DNA of 64,000 bases from a bacterium (lineage in GTDB: Bacteria > Krumholzibacteriota > Krumholzibacteriia > G020349025): NCBI GenBank assembly GCA_031362565.1, contig JANLSU010000103.1, positions 32,001 through 96,000 on the forward strand. The letters run 5' to 3'. Positions 33,401-42,445 of the stretch are shown piece after piece; the first letter of the stretch is position 1, and the number at the start of each line of letters is the position of its first letter. The position numbers were made by a program, and so were the translations under genes. The notes under the pieces were generated by a model that was given only the letters and a program-made list of their open reading frames with translations, did not search any database and was not told the DNA's origin.

Positions 33401-33629
33401 CGGTGGTATCGCGCGCGGCGAGTTCCTGCCGCAACCCGGGCCGCGCGCGCAGCGTTGCGAGATCTGTGACTACCGCACGACCTGCGACGCACGCATTGCG
33501 GTGCTTGCCGAGCGCAAGGCGGGTGCCGGGCAAACCGTTCGTCTCGACGCCCTGCCGGAATTCGCCTCGGCGCTCGAAGCCGACATTCCGGCCGGTAGTG
33601 GCGCGGACTCCACGGCAGGTGACGCATGA
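30465..33629 (+). CDS. addB: AddB-like subunit: inactive helicase-like scaffold plus PD-(D/E)xK nuclease with Fe-S cysteines
   Basis: SVSQL..YATCPFRY, GKLVH, LHGVIDRVD, IDYKTG, QLVVY, CEICDYRTTC. Confidence 0.8.
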   Translation: MKARFEFVLAPLHPDLQAALFAAWPAASFDAVPRTVVVPTRALGRFLLRERARLGTATCGVRTLTWLELGLELSASERDAEARRFLGSEAQAWLVRQLRETTSRAPTPFDAALDVRGFRAVLQRAFDALSRAGLTSRRDVERFLVHHGFDLPLAARHVLELGLAYRTSFEATHDDAAAVLARAARVPAGRWREVLGTAHLEVYGFDALDAVELQLLGRLTTEPGLDLALYIPYQEGAEPVLARRVRELGALERAVPAAVPYAPETRFVAAPSDESEAEEIVRHLLRAAAGGIRFDAMAVVARNSRRLDLVRSTLGRCGVPYTLQPGASLQGTRSGRALVAFFEVLDAGIRLDPVLAFLALAPVRWHDWAGLETDAVVSAWERAAHAAGVGRGLAEWTAQLERYATDLEAEAARREADSEPAQRARDAARAARELLQVVTVLDAEAGRFPVRARWREWVDATAAWLVRTLAPSVELDAVGSAVGRLQSLEGLGRSLPSRADFRDAVRSVLADATLTRPSDTVPAVWLGTSSALWGASFDVVCIAGLREGEWPAAARDDPVLPDRLRTALANRLADDESLPSRHAAVERERREFVQWCRAARQRLVLTWARLDPATGAPGLPSTLGLEFASALAGRPLDYEGIETWDGTERVALRRTGAETAAEPLDLAELDVWTVAGLPPAAARRYVAGLGSVAARGQALERLRQNTPRFTSVDGWLAGPAARAALEARGAPTSISVSQLVTYATCPFRYFMRYMLRVEPLDRDEPRDLSGQESGKLVHRILEQFHRDLQRAGISLAELTDAELGARFAAAFEAGCREVEARGRTGARLLWAVRKQRLRDDLSRALRFERQRSGRWQPREFEQRFGRGGKGVPSLRLDDGSLVGLHGVIDRVDVDPETGGLCVIDYKTGRALTGRTGDPAAVQLVVYLHVATAGHPEQLAASEARFAYVTRRAQFALQRLPGPVLAARANDLVAFVSGVVGGIARGEFLPQPGPRAQRCEICDYRTTCDARIAVLAERKAGAGQTVRLDALPEFASALEADIPAGSGADSTAGDA

Positions 33630-36600
33630 CGCACGGCTTCGATGCCGATCTCGTCGATCGCGAGGCGCGTGAACTCGCCATCACGACTCTCGACAAACCG
33701 CTGCTCGTCGAGGCGGGAGCCGGCACCGGCAAGACCACACTGCTCGTGGCGCGCCTCGTGCATGCCCTCGCGGCCGGCGCGGTGCTCATGCCCCGTGTCG
33801 TCGCGATCACGTTTACCGAAAAGGCGGCGGCGGAACTTCGCCTGCGCCTGCGGCAAGGACTCGAACGCGCCGCCGCCGATACCGCCCGTCCGGTCGACGA
33901 GCGCACGCGCTTGGGACGCGCCCTGCACGAACTGGATCGTGCCACCGTGTCGACGATCCACGCCTTCGCGGCGGCGCTCCTGCGCGAGCGGCCGGTACAG
34001 GCGCGCATCGATCCGCAATTCCGCACTCTCGACGAACTCGAGTCGGCGCAGTTGTTCCGCGAGTTCTGGAACCGTTGGGTCGATGCGGAACTCGAAACGG
34101 ATGCGGCGGCGCAGTGCTTACGGTTCGCACTGCTGACCGGCGTGCGGCTCGAACCCGACATCGTCGACCTGGCACGCGACCTCGACTTGCAGCGCGATTG
34201 CGTCGAGGCGCTCGCACCACCGTCCGCGGCGGCGGATCTCGAATCTCGCATGCGCGACGTGCATGCGGCGGTGCGGCGTTGTCTGGCGCATGCGGAGCGC
34301 TATTGCCGCGAGCCCGAAGATCGCGGCTTCGCTCAAGGGCGCGATTTGGCGGCGCAACTCGCGACGCTCGACGGACTCGACCCGCAGGGCTGGCCGGCGG
34401 TGTTCTTGCAAGATCTGCCACTGCAGACCAACCTGGGCCGGGCGAGCGCCTGGGTGGGACAGGAGGGCGCCGCGAGCAAGCAAATGCGGCGCGAGATTCG
34501 CGCCGCGATCGAGTCCCTGCGCCAGGCCTTCGCCGACACGGCGCTGCACGGTGTCCTGCTCTGGCTCGAACGGTTTCGCGACGCCTATGACATCGAAAAA
34601 CAACGGCGTGGCGTTCTCGACTTCCAGGACCTGCTGCTGCGGGCCCGCAAACTCGTGCGTGAGGATCCGGCGGTGCGCCGCGAACTCGGGGCCGGAATTG
34701 ACATGCTGTGCGTCGACGAGTTCCAGGACACCGATCCGCTGCAGGCGGAACTCGTGCTCTTTCTGGCCGAACGTGGCGGTCCGGCGTTGGACTGGCACGA
34801 CGTCGTCGTCGGGCCGAAGTTGTTTTTGGTCGGTGATCCCAAGCAATCCATTTATCGATTCCGCCGCGCCGATCTCGACGTGTATGCGCGCTGCGTCGAT
34901 CTCGTGACGCGCTCCGGCGGACTGCGGCTCGACATCGTCCGCAACTTTCGCAGCCGGCCGGCGGTCATCGACTGGGTGAACGGCGTTTTCGAATCGACGT
35001 TTCAGCCGGCGCCCGAGGATCCGTCGGCACCGCGCCATGTGGCGCTCGTGGCGGGGCCCGAAGCACTCGACCGCCCGGCGGTATGGATCGTGCGGCATGG
35101 TGCCGGGGCGCTGGAAGCAGCGGCCGATGCGGCGCGGCGCGCCGAGGCCACGGCGCTCGCCGCGTTTATCGCCCGCGCCTTGCACGAGGCCTGGCCAGTG
35201 CGGGACGCCGGCACGGTGCGGCCGCTGCGCGCCGCGGACATCGCGCTCTTGTTCGCGCGCACGTCGGGGATCGAGTTGTACGAGACCGCACTGCGGACGG
35301 CGGGGATCGCGTTCCAGCAGGAAGGCGGCCGGTTGTTCTTCCAGCGCCCCGAAGTTCGCGATGTGTTGCACACGCTGGCGGCGATCGACGACCCGCACGA
35401 CGAGCTGGCATTGGTCGCTGCCTTGCGATCGCCGCTCTTTGGCATCACCGATGAGGAACTGCTTCTGCATCGATTGGCATTCGGCGGTTTTGTGAGCGCC
35501 GATCCGGCGGTGAACCCGGCGCTCGCCGAGCCGCTCGCGATCGTCGCCGCACTGCACGCCGCGCGGCACACGAACGGTGTGGCGGGCACCATTGCGGCGT
35601 TACTCGATCGCACTAGTGCGCGCGCTGCCCAGGCGGCACGGCCGCAGGGGGCGCAGGCGCTGGCGAATTTCGAAATGTTGCAGCGGCGGGCGCGGCAATT
35701 CGAAGCGACGCACGCCGCCGGGCTGCGTGAATTCATTCGCGCCTTGCAGGATCTCGACCGCGATACGCCGCGCATCGCCGAGTGGGCGCCACAAGACGAC
35801 GCCGACGACCGCGTGCGGCTGCTGACGGTGCACATGGCAAAAGGGCTCGAGTTCCCGTGCGTGCTGCTTGCCAACATGGGGGCGCGGGCGAGCGGCCAAA
35901 CGTCGTCGGTGCTCGTCGAGCGGCTGTCCGCCTCCGTCTCGGTGCGATTGCGCGCCGGCGACATCGGCCATTCCTTCAAGAGTGCGACCTGGGATGAGGT
36001 GTCGGTGCGCGACCGCGACCGCGACGCTGCCGAAGAGCGCCGGTTGTTGTATGTCGCAGCGACCCGGGCCCGCGACTATTTGGTCGTGCCGGCGTTCGAA
36101 GGTGCCGCATCCGGCGGTTTCGCGCGGCTGTTGCGCGAGGTGCCGGGCGCCCTTGGGGATGCGCCGTGTGGCGCGTTGCCCGCACCGGCGGAGCCCGGCG
36201 CTTTCGTGCCGCGCGATGTGCCGTGGTGCCGGATCGAAGCCGCGGATCTTCCCATCGTCGTGCCGGCGGTGACGCGCCGGGCGGCCCGCACCGACGTGGA
36301 GTTGCTCTGGCGGCGCCGCGACGAGTGGCGATTGCGACACGCGGCGCAGCTGCGCGGCGGTGGTGCCGGCGAGGCGTCGCAAGAGCGTTTGCCGGTGGGA
36401 GAGGAACTCGGCGACGTGCCGCGCTGGCGCCTGCTCTTAGGACGGGCGCTCGAGAGCATCGGCGGCGACCCAAGTCCCAGCGCCATCGAGTCGGGCGTGC
36501 GGCGCGTTACGGCCGCGCATGGCGCACGCCTGTTTGCTTCAGAACTCCGCGAACTGGCGCCGGGGGCGATCGCGTTCGATTGCGCCCAAGGTTCCAGACG

Positions 36601-36865
36601 GATCTGGCGCGGTGTGACATGGGTGGGCATGGACGGTGCGCGGCCGGTCAGCCTGTGGCTCGATTGTATTCACGACACGCCGGATGGATTGCTGCTCGTC
36701 GAGTACGTGCTTGAAGCATCGGATGTCGGGTTGGAAGCGGCTCGGGCGGTGGTGCGTTGGAAGGCGGCGGTGCTCCGGAGCGCGCCGGTGCAACTGGCGC
36801 GGGCCGGCATCTTGTGCCTGCCCGAGGGCACCTGGCACCCGGCTGGCGAGTCGACGGCGCTGTAG
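33626..36865 (+). CDS. addA: AddA-like UvrD superfamily 1 helicase
   Basis: EAGAGTGKT, ITFTEKAA, STIHAF, VDEFQDT, VGDPKQSIYRFRRAD, NFRS, TVHMAKGLEF, RLLYVAATRAR; ATGA overlap with addB. Confidence 0.88.
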   Translation: MTHGFDADLVDREARELAITTLDKPLLVEAGAGTGKTTLLVARLVHALAAGAVLMPRVVAITFTEKAAAELRLRLRQGLERAAADTARPVDERTRLGRALHELDRATVSTIHAFAAALLRERPVQARIDPQFRTLDELESAQLFREFWNRWVDAELETDAAAQCLRFALLTGVRLEPDIVDLARDLDLQRDCVEALAPPSAAADLESRMRDVHAAVRRCLAHAERYCREPEDRGFAQGRDLAAQLATLDGLDPQGWPAVFLQDLPLQTNLGRASAWVGQEGAASKQMRREIRAAIESLRQAFADTALHGVLLWLERFRDAYDIEKQRRGVLDFQDLLLRARKLVREDPAVRRELGAGIDMLCVDEFQDTDPLQAELVLFLAERGGPALDWHDVVVGPKLFLVGDPKQSIYRFRRADLDVYARCVDLVTRSGGLRLDIVRNFRSRPAVIDWVNGVFESTFQPAPEDPSAPRHVALVAGPEALDRPAVWIVRHGAGALEAAADAARRAEATALAAFIARALHEAWPVRDAGTVRPLRAADIALLFARTSGIELYETALRTAGIAFQQEGGRLFFQRPEVRDVLHTLAAIDDPHDELALVAALRSPLFGITDEELLLHRLAFGGFVSADPAVNPALAEPLAIVAALHAARHTNGVAGTIAALLDRTSARAAQAARPQGAQALANFEMLQRRARQFEATHAAGLREFIRALQDLDRDTPRIAEWAPQDDADDRVRLLTVHMAKGLEFPCVLLANMGARASGQTSSVLVERLSASVSVRLRAGDIGHSFKSATWDEVSVRDRDRDAAEERRLLYVAATRARDYLVVPAFEGAASGGFARLLREVPGALGDAPCGALPAPAEPGAFVPRDVPWCRIEAADLPIVVPAVTRRAARTDVELLWRRRDEWRLRHAAQLRGGGAGEASQERLPVGEELGDVPRWRLLLGRALESIGGDPSPSAIESGVRRVTAAHGARLFASELRELAPGAIAFDCAQGSRRIWRGVTWVGMDGARPVSLWLDCIHDTPDGLLLVEYVLEASDVGLEAARAVVRWKAAVLRSAPVQLARAGILCLPEGTWHPAGESTAL

Positions 36866-36992
36866 TGTCCGACGCGGGAGGCGGAACGAGGCCCGCGGTC
36901 GCATCCGCACCCCTGCCGCACCCCAAGACGAATCACACCAATCCGAGGGTCGTCGCACGCCTCCCGGACGTCGGTCACTGCCTGGCACACTT

Positions 36993-37008
36993 TGCAAACC
37001 GGGTGCCA
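36993..37008 (-). promoter_or_regulatory. Sigma54 (-24/-12)-like promoter embedded in a 10-bp inverted repeat
   Basis: Minus strand TGGCACCCGGTTTGCA (GG-N10-GC). Confidence 0.45.
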
Positions 37009-37079
37009 GGCATCCGAGGCGGTACGCGCGCTGTCGGGGGGCGAGAGCGGCGCCGCCGCATGCGGCGGCGCCGCATCCT

Positions 37080-37664
37080 CTACCGTACGAGGGGGTTCGG
37101 CGCCGCTTCCACCAGAACTGCGTCTTGGCGCAGCGTGACCGTGGTGTTGAGGATCCGCATCACACCATTCTTGGCGTCGATGAGGGTTGCGGGACCGTAG
37201 ACCTTTTCCTTGGCCTTCTTGCCGCCCGGCAGTTTAACCGTCGTGACGCGGAACTTGGTGGCCTTGAAACTGCCGTTCGCTTGCACCGATCCCTGCACTT
37301 TGACCGCCATTCCATCCTCCATCTTGGAGCTCATGATCTGGCGTTTCAGCTCGTCCTTGATCGTGGTCTTGTCATCCCAGGTCACCACGTACCCCAGCAC
37401 CTTCATGGTGCTCTTGACGCGGTTGATGTCTTGGATGGCGCCATAGATCGCCCGGTCCTCGCCGAGCGAGTCGGCCGGGGCGTAGATCTCGAAATCCTTG
37501 CCCATCAACGTGCCATCCGGCATGAGGGTGCCGTCGGCTTCGACCCAGGAGCCGGGGCGGGCGATTTGTTTCATGGCGAAGTCACGCCCGAGCGGCGGAC
37601 CCGCGAACGCGGCTGTGGCGCTGAGCGAGAGCGCCAACACGGCGATTCCGTGGGCCTTCGACAT
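37080..37664 (-). CDS. Exported OB-fold repeat protein (DUF5666-like)
   Basis: AGGAGGAG RBS, signal peptide, repeated G-x-x-VE/KV-x-G....GTL/GSF-x-A and IYG-x-I/VYG-x-A units. Confidence 0.65.
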   Translation of the reverse strand: MSKAHGIAVLALSLSATAAFAGPPLGRDFAMKQIARPGSWVEADGTLMPDGTLMGKDFEIYAPADSLGEDRAIYGAIQDINRVKSTMKVLGYVVTWDDKTTIKDELKRQIMSSKMEDGMAVKVQGSVQANGSFKATKFRVTTVKLPGGKKAKEKVYGPATLIDAKNGVMRILNTTVTLRQDAVLVEAAPNPLVR

Positions 37665-37913
37665 ATGTCTACTCCTCCTTGGCGAAATTGACATTCCAGG
37701 CACGCAGCCCTCTGTAACCCGCAGCCTACTCGAAGGTTCCAGCGTTGGGGAAGCACAGGTTCGGGGCAAAATGCGCAGCCGGCGGCAGAGCGTCGGGACC
37801 CAAGCCGCGGGCGGATCCGCGGGGCTTGAGACCATGTGGCGGCAGGGACTCGCGCCGGCCGGAAACGAGTGCTATATTACGAACGCGTTTTCAAGACTGG
37901 GAGATTCGAACGT

Positions 37914-38363
37914 ATGCGCCGCTTCCGCCTGCCGATTCTCACCGTCCTGGCCTTCGTTGGCGCCGGCTGCAATAGCACGCCCGAAAGCGTTCTCGAAGTC
38001 GCGAAACATACCCAGCCGGTCGTCGACATCCGCAACGTGATCATCAACGGCCAGGCGCGAGTGTCCTTCTCGTTCGCCGTGCCCGGCGATGTGGGGCATC
38101 CGCATTTCCAGGGCCGTTGGACGGTGCGCGACGCTGAAAAACCCGTGCAGGTGTTCGTGTTCCGGGCCGCGGACTACAACGACACTCTCCTGCCGACGGT
38201 GCAGACCGCCACGTGGTCGTGGACGCTGACCTCCGACAAGCCCGAGATGCACGTGCATCCGACGCCGGGCAGCTGGGTCATCGTGTACTTCAATCCGGCC
38301 CAGGGTGGAGCGACGACGCGCACCGATTTGTCGTCCGAGATCGACTTCAGCTACTTCAAGTGA
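37914..38363 (+). CDS. Hypothetical lipoprotein
   Basis: MRRFRLPILTVLAFVGAGC lipobox; beta-rich mature part. Confidence 0.7.
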   Translation: MRRFRLPILTVLAFVGAGCNSTPESVLEVAKHTQPVVDIRNVIINGQARVSFSFAVPGDVGHPHFQGRWTVRDAEKPVQVFVFRAADYNDTLLPTVQTATWSWTLTSDKPEMHVHPTPGSWVIVYFNPAQGGATTRTDLSSEIDFSYFK

Positions 38364-38376
38364 TCCGGCGCGCCGT

Positions 38377-39012
38377 TCAGCGCACGCCGCCCAGATGCCC
38401 CCAGCGCACCTTGCTGCGCGCCGTAGCCTCGCCGTCCCAGGAAAAATAAATCGCCAGCGGGTGGGCTCGGACGTTGGCGATCGGCACGGCGCCGAAGAAC
38501 CGGCTGTCGAAGCTATTGTCCCGGTTATCGCCCATGGCGAAGAAGTGGTCGGGCGGGACCACGAACGGCCCAAACTGGTCCCGGAGGGCGCGCGCTTGCA
38601 CGTCGGTGTGTTTGCAGCCGGGCGCTTCCAGCCGCGGCTCCCCATTCACGAAGAGCTGTTTGTTCCGAACCTCGACGATCTGGCCGGCGACCGCGACACA
38701 GCGCTTGATGAGATCGATTTCCGGATCCTCGGGACTCTCGAAAATCACCAAATCACCTGCGCGTGGCGTGCGCAGCCCGGGAACTCGAATCGAGGGCACG
38801 ACTGCCGAGAGGAGGGGGATGCGCCCCGGCACGTGGGGTCCGAAGCTGATTTTTTCGGCCAGCACGAAGTCGCCGGGGAAAAGTGTGTCTTCCATGGATC
38901 CCGACGGAATGTGATACGCCTGGACGAGCGTCGCCCGCACCAGGAGCGCAATCGCGATCGGCACGCCCAGGCCGGTGAGGGTGCGGCGAACGATCCGAGG
39001 CAGAGCGGTCAC
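38377..39012 (-). CDS. lepB: Signal peptidase I
   Basis: IPSGSMEDTL, LIKRCVA, MGDNRDNSFDSR. Confidence 0.95.
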   Translation of the reverse strand: MTALPRIVRRTLTGLGVPIAIALLVRATLVQAYHIPSGSMEDTLFPGDFVLAEKISFGPHVPGRIPLLSAVVPSIRVPGLRTPRAGDLVIFESPEDPEIDLIKRCVAVAGQIVEVRNKQLFVNGEPRLEAPGCKHTDVQARALRDQFGPFVVPPDHFFAMGDNRDNSFDSRFFGAVPIANVRAHPLAIYFSWDGEATARSKVRWGHLGGVR

Positions 39013-39229
39013 GATTCCTCCGCACCTTGGGCTGTTGCGCGTCCACGGCGTCCCGAACGACATTCGCTTGTACGGACGCCACGCGCTGGTGGTTCCGGCG
39101 TCCGAGGCGCCAAGGTGCAGGCTTCGAGCCCACGCCTGGGGTGAATCGAGCCCCAAACCGCCGCAGGCGGCGCGGGACTTGCTCGGAATTCCGGGCGGCC
39201 GGGAAAAGGCCAGAAGCGCGGAGGATGCC

Positions 39230-40942
39230 ATGACGCAGGGATTTGCGCGCGCCACCTTCACGGGTGTGCTGCCGCGCGACGTAGTGTTTCCGTATCCCGA
39301 GATGCGCCCCGAAGACGCCGAGGTCGTCGGGATGCTGGTCGATTCGATTCGCAAGTACGCTTCCGAACACATCGACGATGCGCGCATCGACTCCGAAAGC
39401 CGCATGCCGCGCGAGATTCTGACCACCCTCGCCGAACTCGGCATCATGGGCATGATCGTTCCCGAGGCCTACGGCGGTTCGGGAATGAGTGTGACGGCCT
39501 ACTGCCGCGTGTTGGAAGAGATCGCCTACTACTCGGGCGCGGTCGCCGTAACGGTTGGCGCGCACCAGTCCATCGGCATGAAGGCGATTTTGCTCTATGG
39601 CACCGATGTGCAGAAGCGCGCCGTGTTGCCCAAGCTTGCTACGGGCGAGGAATTCGCCGCCTTCGCGCTCACCGAGCCGGGTGCCGGAAGCGATGCCGGC
39701 AGTGTGCAGACGACGGCGACGCTGACTCCGGAAGGCGACTTCTGGGTCCTGAACGGCACGAAGCAGTGGATCACCAACGCCGGGTTCGCCGACGTGTTCA
39801 CGGTCTTTGCGCGCACCGACAGCACCGGGACGCAATCGACCGGCAAAGCCATCTCGTGTTTCATCGTCCGCCGCGACACGCCGGGCGTCACGGTGGGGCC
39901 GCCGGAGAAAAAAGTTGGGCTGCGCGGTTCGGAGACCAACGAAGTGCATTTCGAGTCGGTGCGGGTACCGGCCGGCAATCTCCTGGGTGAAGTCGGCAGC
40001 GGCTTCAAGATCGCCATGTCGGTGCTCAACGAAGGGCGGCTCGGGCTCGCGTCGGGCTGCGTCGGCGCGTCGCGCCGGCTCCTGCAGCAAACGGTGGCGT
40101 ACGCCAACCAGCGCCGGCAATTCGGCCAATCCATCGGCAGTTTCGAGATCATCAAGGAAAAGCTCGCCCATATGGCGGCGCGCACCTATGTCATGGAAAG
40201 CTCCGCCTATCTGACCGCCGGCATCGCCGACCGCGGCGTCAAGGACATCAGCATCGAAGCCGCCATCTGCAAGGTGATGGGCAGCGAGACTCTGTGGTAC
40301 GTGGTCAACGAAGCCATTCAGATTCACGGTGGCAACGGCTTCATGGAAGAGTTTCCGTTCGGCCGGGTCATGCGGGATGCGCGGATCAATCTCATCTTCG
40401 AGGGCACGAACGAAATCCTGCGGGTCTTCATCGCCGGCATGGGCGTCAAGGGTCCGGGCGAGGAACTGCGCCTCGTGGCGCACGCGTTGCGCCACCCGGC
40501 GCGTGAGATGGGCGTTCTGTCGCACTACTTCGGGCGGCGCATCGAGCGGCGGTTCTTGCGTGATCGCCTCCGCGACCTGCGCCCCGAACTCGACGAGTGT
40601 GCACGCGGCATCGAGCGCGTCGTGCAGCAACTGCCGCGGCGCGTCGAAACGTTACTGCGGGTCCATGGCCGCGACTTCGCGACCCGCCAATACCTCATGA
40701 AGCGGATCGCCGATGTGGCGATCGACACCTACGGCATGGTTGCTGCGACCTCGCGCACGAATTCCTTGCTCGAGCGCGGTGAACCGGCGACCCAGGAACT
40801 GGCGATGACCCGCTTCTGGTGCCGCAAGGCGATCCGGCGGATCCGGCGCAACATGCGGGGACTGGTCGTCAATAGCGACGCTCTCACGACCGATGTCGCC
40901 GATGGGATCCTGTCGGCGCCACTCTGGTTCGATCGCACCTGA
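39230..40942 (+). CDS. Acyl-CoA dehydrogenase, ACAD9/VLCAD-like with C-terminal extension
   Basis: AHQSIG, FALTEPGAGSDA, NGTKQWITN, RRQFG, QIHGGNGF, IFEGTNEI. Confidence 0.93.
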   Translation: MTQGFARATFTGVLPRDVVFPYPEMRPEDAEVVGMLVDSIRKYASEHIDDARIDSESRMPREILTTLAELGIMGMIVPEAYGGSGMSVTAYCRVLEEIAYYSGAVAVTVGAHQSIGMKAILLYGTDVQKRAVLPKLATGEEFAAFALTEPGAGSDAGSVQTTATLTPEGDFWVLNGTKQWITNAGFADVFTVFARTDSTGTQSTGKAISCFIVRRDTPGVTVGPPEKKVGLRGSETNEVHFESVRVPAGNLLGEVGSGFKIAMSVLNEGRLGLASGCVGASRRLLQQTVAYANQRRQFGQSIGSFEIIKEKLAHMAARTYVMESSAYLTAGIADRGVKDISIEAAICKVMGSETLWYVVNEAIQIHGGNGFMEEFPFGRVMRDARINLIFEGTNEILRVFIAGMGVKGPGEELRLVAHALRHPAREMGVLSHYFGRRIERRFLRDRLRDLRPELDECARGIERVVQQLPRRVETLLRVHGRDFATRQYLMKRIADVAIDTYGMVAATSRTNSLLERGEPATQELAMTRFWCRKAIRRIRRNMRGLVVNSDALTTDVADGILSAPLWFDRT

Positions 40943-40950
40943 CCAAACCC

Positions 40951-41580
40951 TCACGCTTGTGGCGGGTGCGCCGGGCGTGTACCGCGTGGCCGCGGCCAGC
41001 GCGGCGACACGGTGCGATAGATCGCTTGGATCACGGCTGCCGACGCGCCGCCGGCCAGGAACCCCACCAGCACATCCGCCGGGTAGTGCACCCCGACATA
41101 GCAGCGCGAGTAGCCGACGGCGAACGCCGTCAGGCCGAGTGGAATGCGCCAACGCCGGTAGAAGAACATGAAGTGCACGGCCGCCGCCGCCGAGTTCGCC
41201 GCATGTGAACTGGGCATCGACCACGAGCCGGAGCACCCGGCGAGCAAATGCACGTGCTCCAGCACGTGGCATGGGCGCACGCGGTGAAACGCATCTTTCA
41301 GGAAATGGCTCGAGAGTTGATCGGAGAGGGCGATCAACGGAATGACGAGCAACGCCGCCCAGCGTTCGCGCCGCTTCCCGAACACCAGCAGCAGCACGAA
41401 GACGATGACGAACAGCACTTTGAAGTTACCGTCGCTGGAGAGAAACGGCATCAGGCGATCGAAGAGGCCGTTCTGCCAGGCGCCGTTGACGCGCTCGAAG
41501 AGGGCGCGGTCGGCAGACGCGAGAGTTTCGAGCACTGGGCGTCCGAATCGCAAAAGAACACGGCGGGTCCCCGGCGCCAC
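40951..41580 (-). CDS. PAP2 family membrane phosphatase (start uncertain)
   Basis: K...R.RP, SMPSSHA, SRCYVGVHYPAD. Confidence 0.9.
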   Translation of the reverse strand: MAPGTRRVLLRFGRPVLETLASADRALFERVNGAWQNGLFDRLMPFLSSDGNFKVLFVIVFVLLLVFGKRRERWAALLVIPLIALSDQLSSHFLKDAFHRVRPCHVLEHVHLLAGCSGSWSMPSSHAANSAAAAVHFMFFYRRWRIPLGLTAFAVGYSRCYVGVHYPADVLVGFLAGGASAAVIQAIYRTVSPRWPRPRGTRPAHPPQA

Positions 41581-41648
41581 CGCACCTTAAACACTGGTGT
41601 CAGCGGTGCGCAAGCCGCAGGCAGGCCGCTACGCCGCCCCGCGGGGGC

Positions 41649-41676
41649 TTGCCGCCGCCCGGATGCATGCTAGAAT
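41649..41676 (+). promoter_or_regulatory. Sigma70-like promoter of the queE operon
   Basis: TTGCCG-16 nt-TAGAAT with extended -10 TGn. Confidence 0.5.
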
Positions 41677-41794
41677 GACCGCACGGGACGCGATCCCCGC
41701 ACAATTCTCGCCGAGGCCACGGCGTGGCCGGAACAGAATCGGCGCGACAAACGGGGGCCCACGAGGCCCTTTCCCTTATCGTCCTGGAGACGGT

Positions 41795-42442
41795 ATGGAC
41801 GGACGCTTGCGCGTCAACGAGATCTTCTATTCCGTGCAGGGCGAATCGACGCATGCGGGGCGTCCGTGTGTCTTCGTACGGTTGACCGGTTGTCCGTTGC
41901 GCTGCACCTACTGCGACACGGCCTACGCGTTCCATGACGGGCGCTGGATGACGCTCGACGATGTGCTGGATGCGGCCGGCGCGCACCCGTGCCGGCTGGT
42001 CGAAGTCACCGGTGGCGAACCGCTCGCGCAACCGGCGACGCTCGCACTGCTGGCAGCGCTCGTGGAGCGCCAGTACGAAGTCCTGCTCGAAACGAGTGGC
42101 GCGTTGCCGATTGCGGCCGTGCCGGCGGGCGTGCGGCGCATCGTCGACTTCAAGACGCCGGACTCGGGTGAATCGCACCGCAATGATTGGACGAATGTCA
42201 CGGCGTTGCGAACTGGGGACGAAGTGAAATTCGTCATCGGCTCGCGCCGCGACTACGAATGGGCCCGCGAGATCATTCGCGAGCACGCACTCGACGCGCG
42301 CGTGCCGGTTCTCCTGTCGCCGGTTTGGGAGAGTGGCATCGAGCGCGATCTGGCCGCCTGGATGCTCGCCGATGGCCTGCCGGCGCGGTATCAGATCCAA
42401 CTTCACAAGTGGATTTGGCCCGGCGTCTTGCGCGGGGTGTGA
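41795..42442 (+). CDS. queE: 7-carboxy-7-deazaguanine synthase (radical SAM)
   Basis: EIFYSVQGES..AGRPCVFVRLTGCPLRCTYCDT (CX3CX2C), TGGEPL, ETSG, QLHKWIW; GGAG RBS. Confidence 0.93.
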   Translation: MDGRLRVNEIFYSVQGESTHAGRPCVFVRLTGCPLRCTYCDTAYAFHDGRWMTLDDVLDAAGAHPCRLVEVTGGEPLAQPATLALLAALVERQYEVLLETSGALPIAAVPAGVRRIVDFKTPDSGESHRNDWTNVTALRTGDEVKFVIGSRRDYEWAREIIREHALDARVPVLLSPVWESGIERDLAAWMLADGLPARYQIQLHKWIWPGVLRGV

Positions 42443-42445
42443 CAC

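Noticed and set aside
36983..36996. Plus-strand sigma54 promoter TGGCACACTTTGCA
   Set aside because: GG-to-GC spacing is 8 nt, not the required 10; only the minus-strand copy fits.
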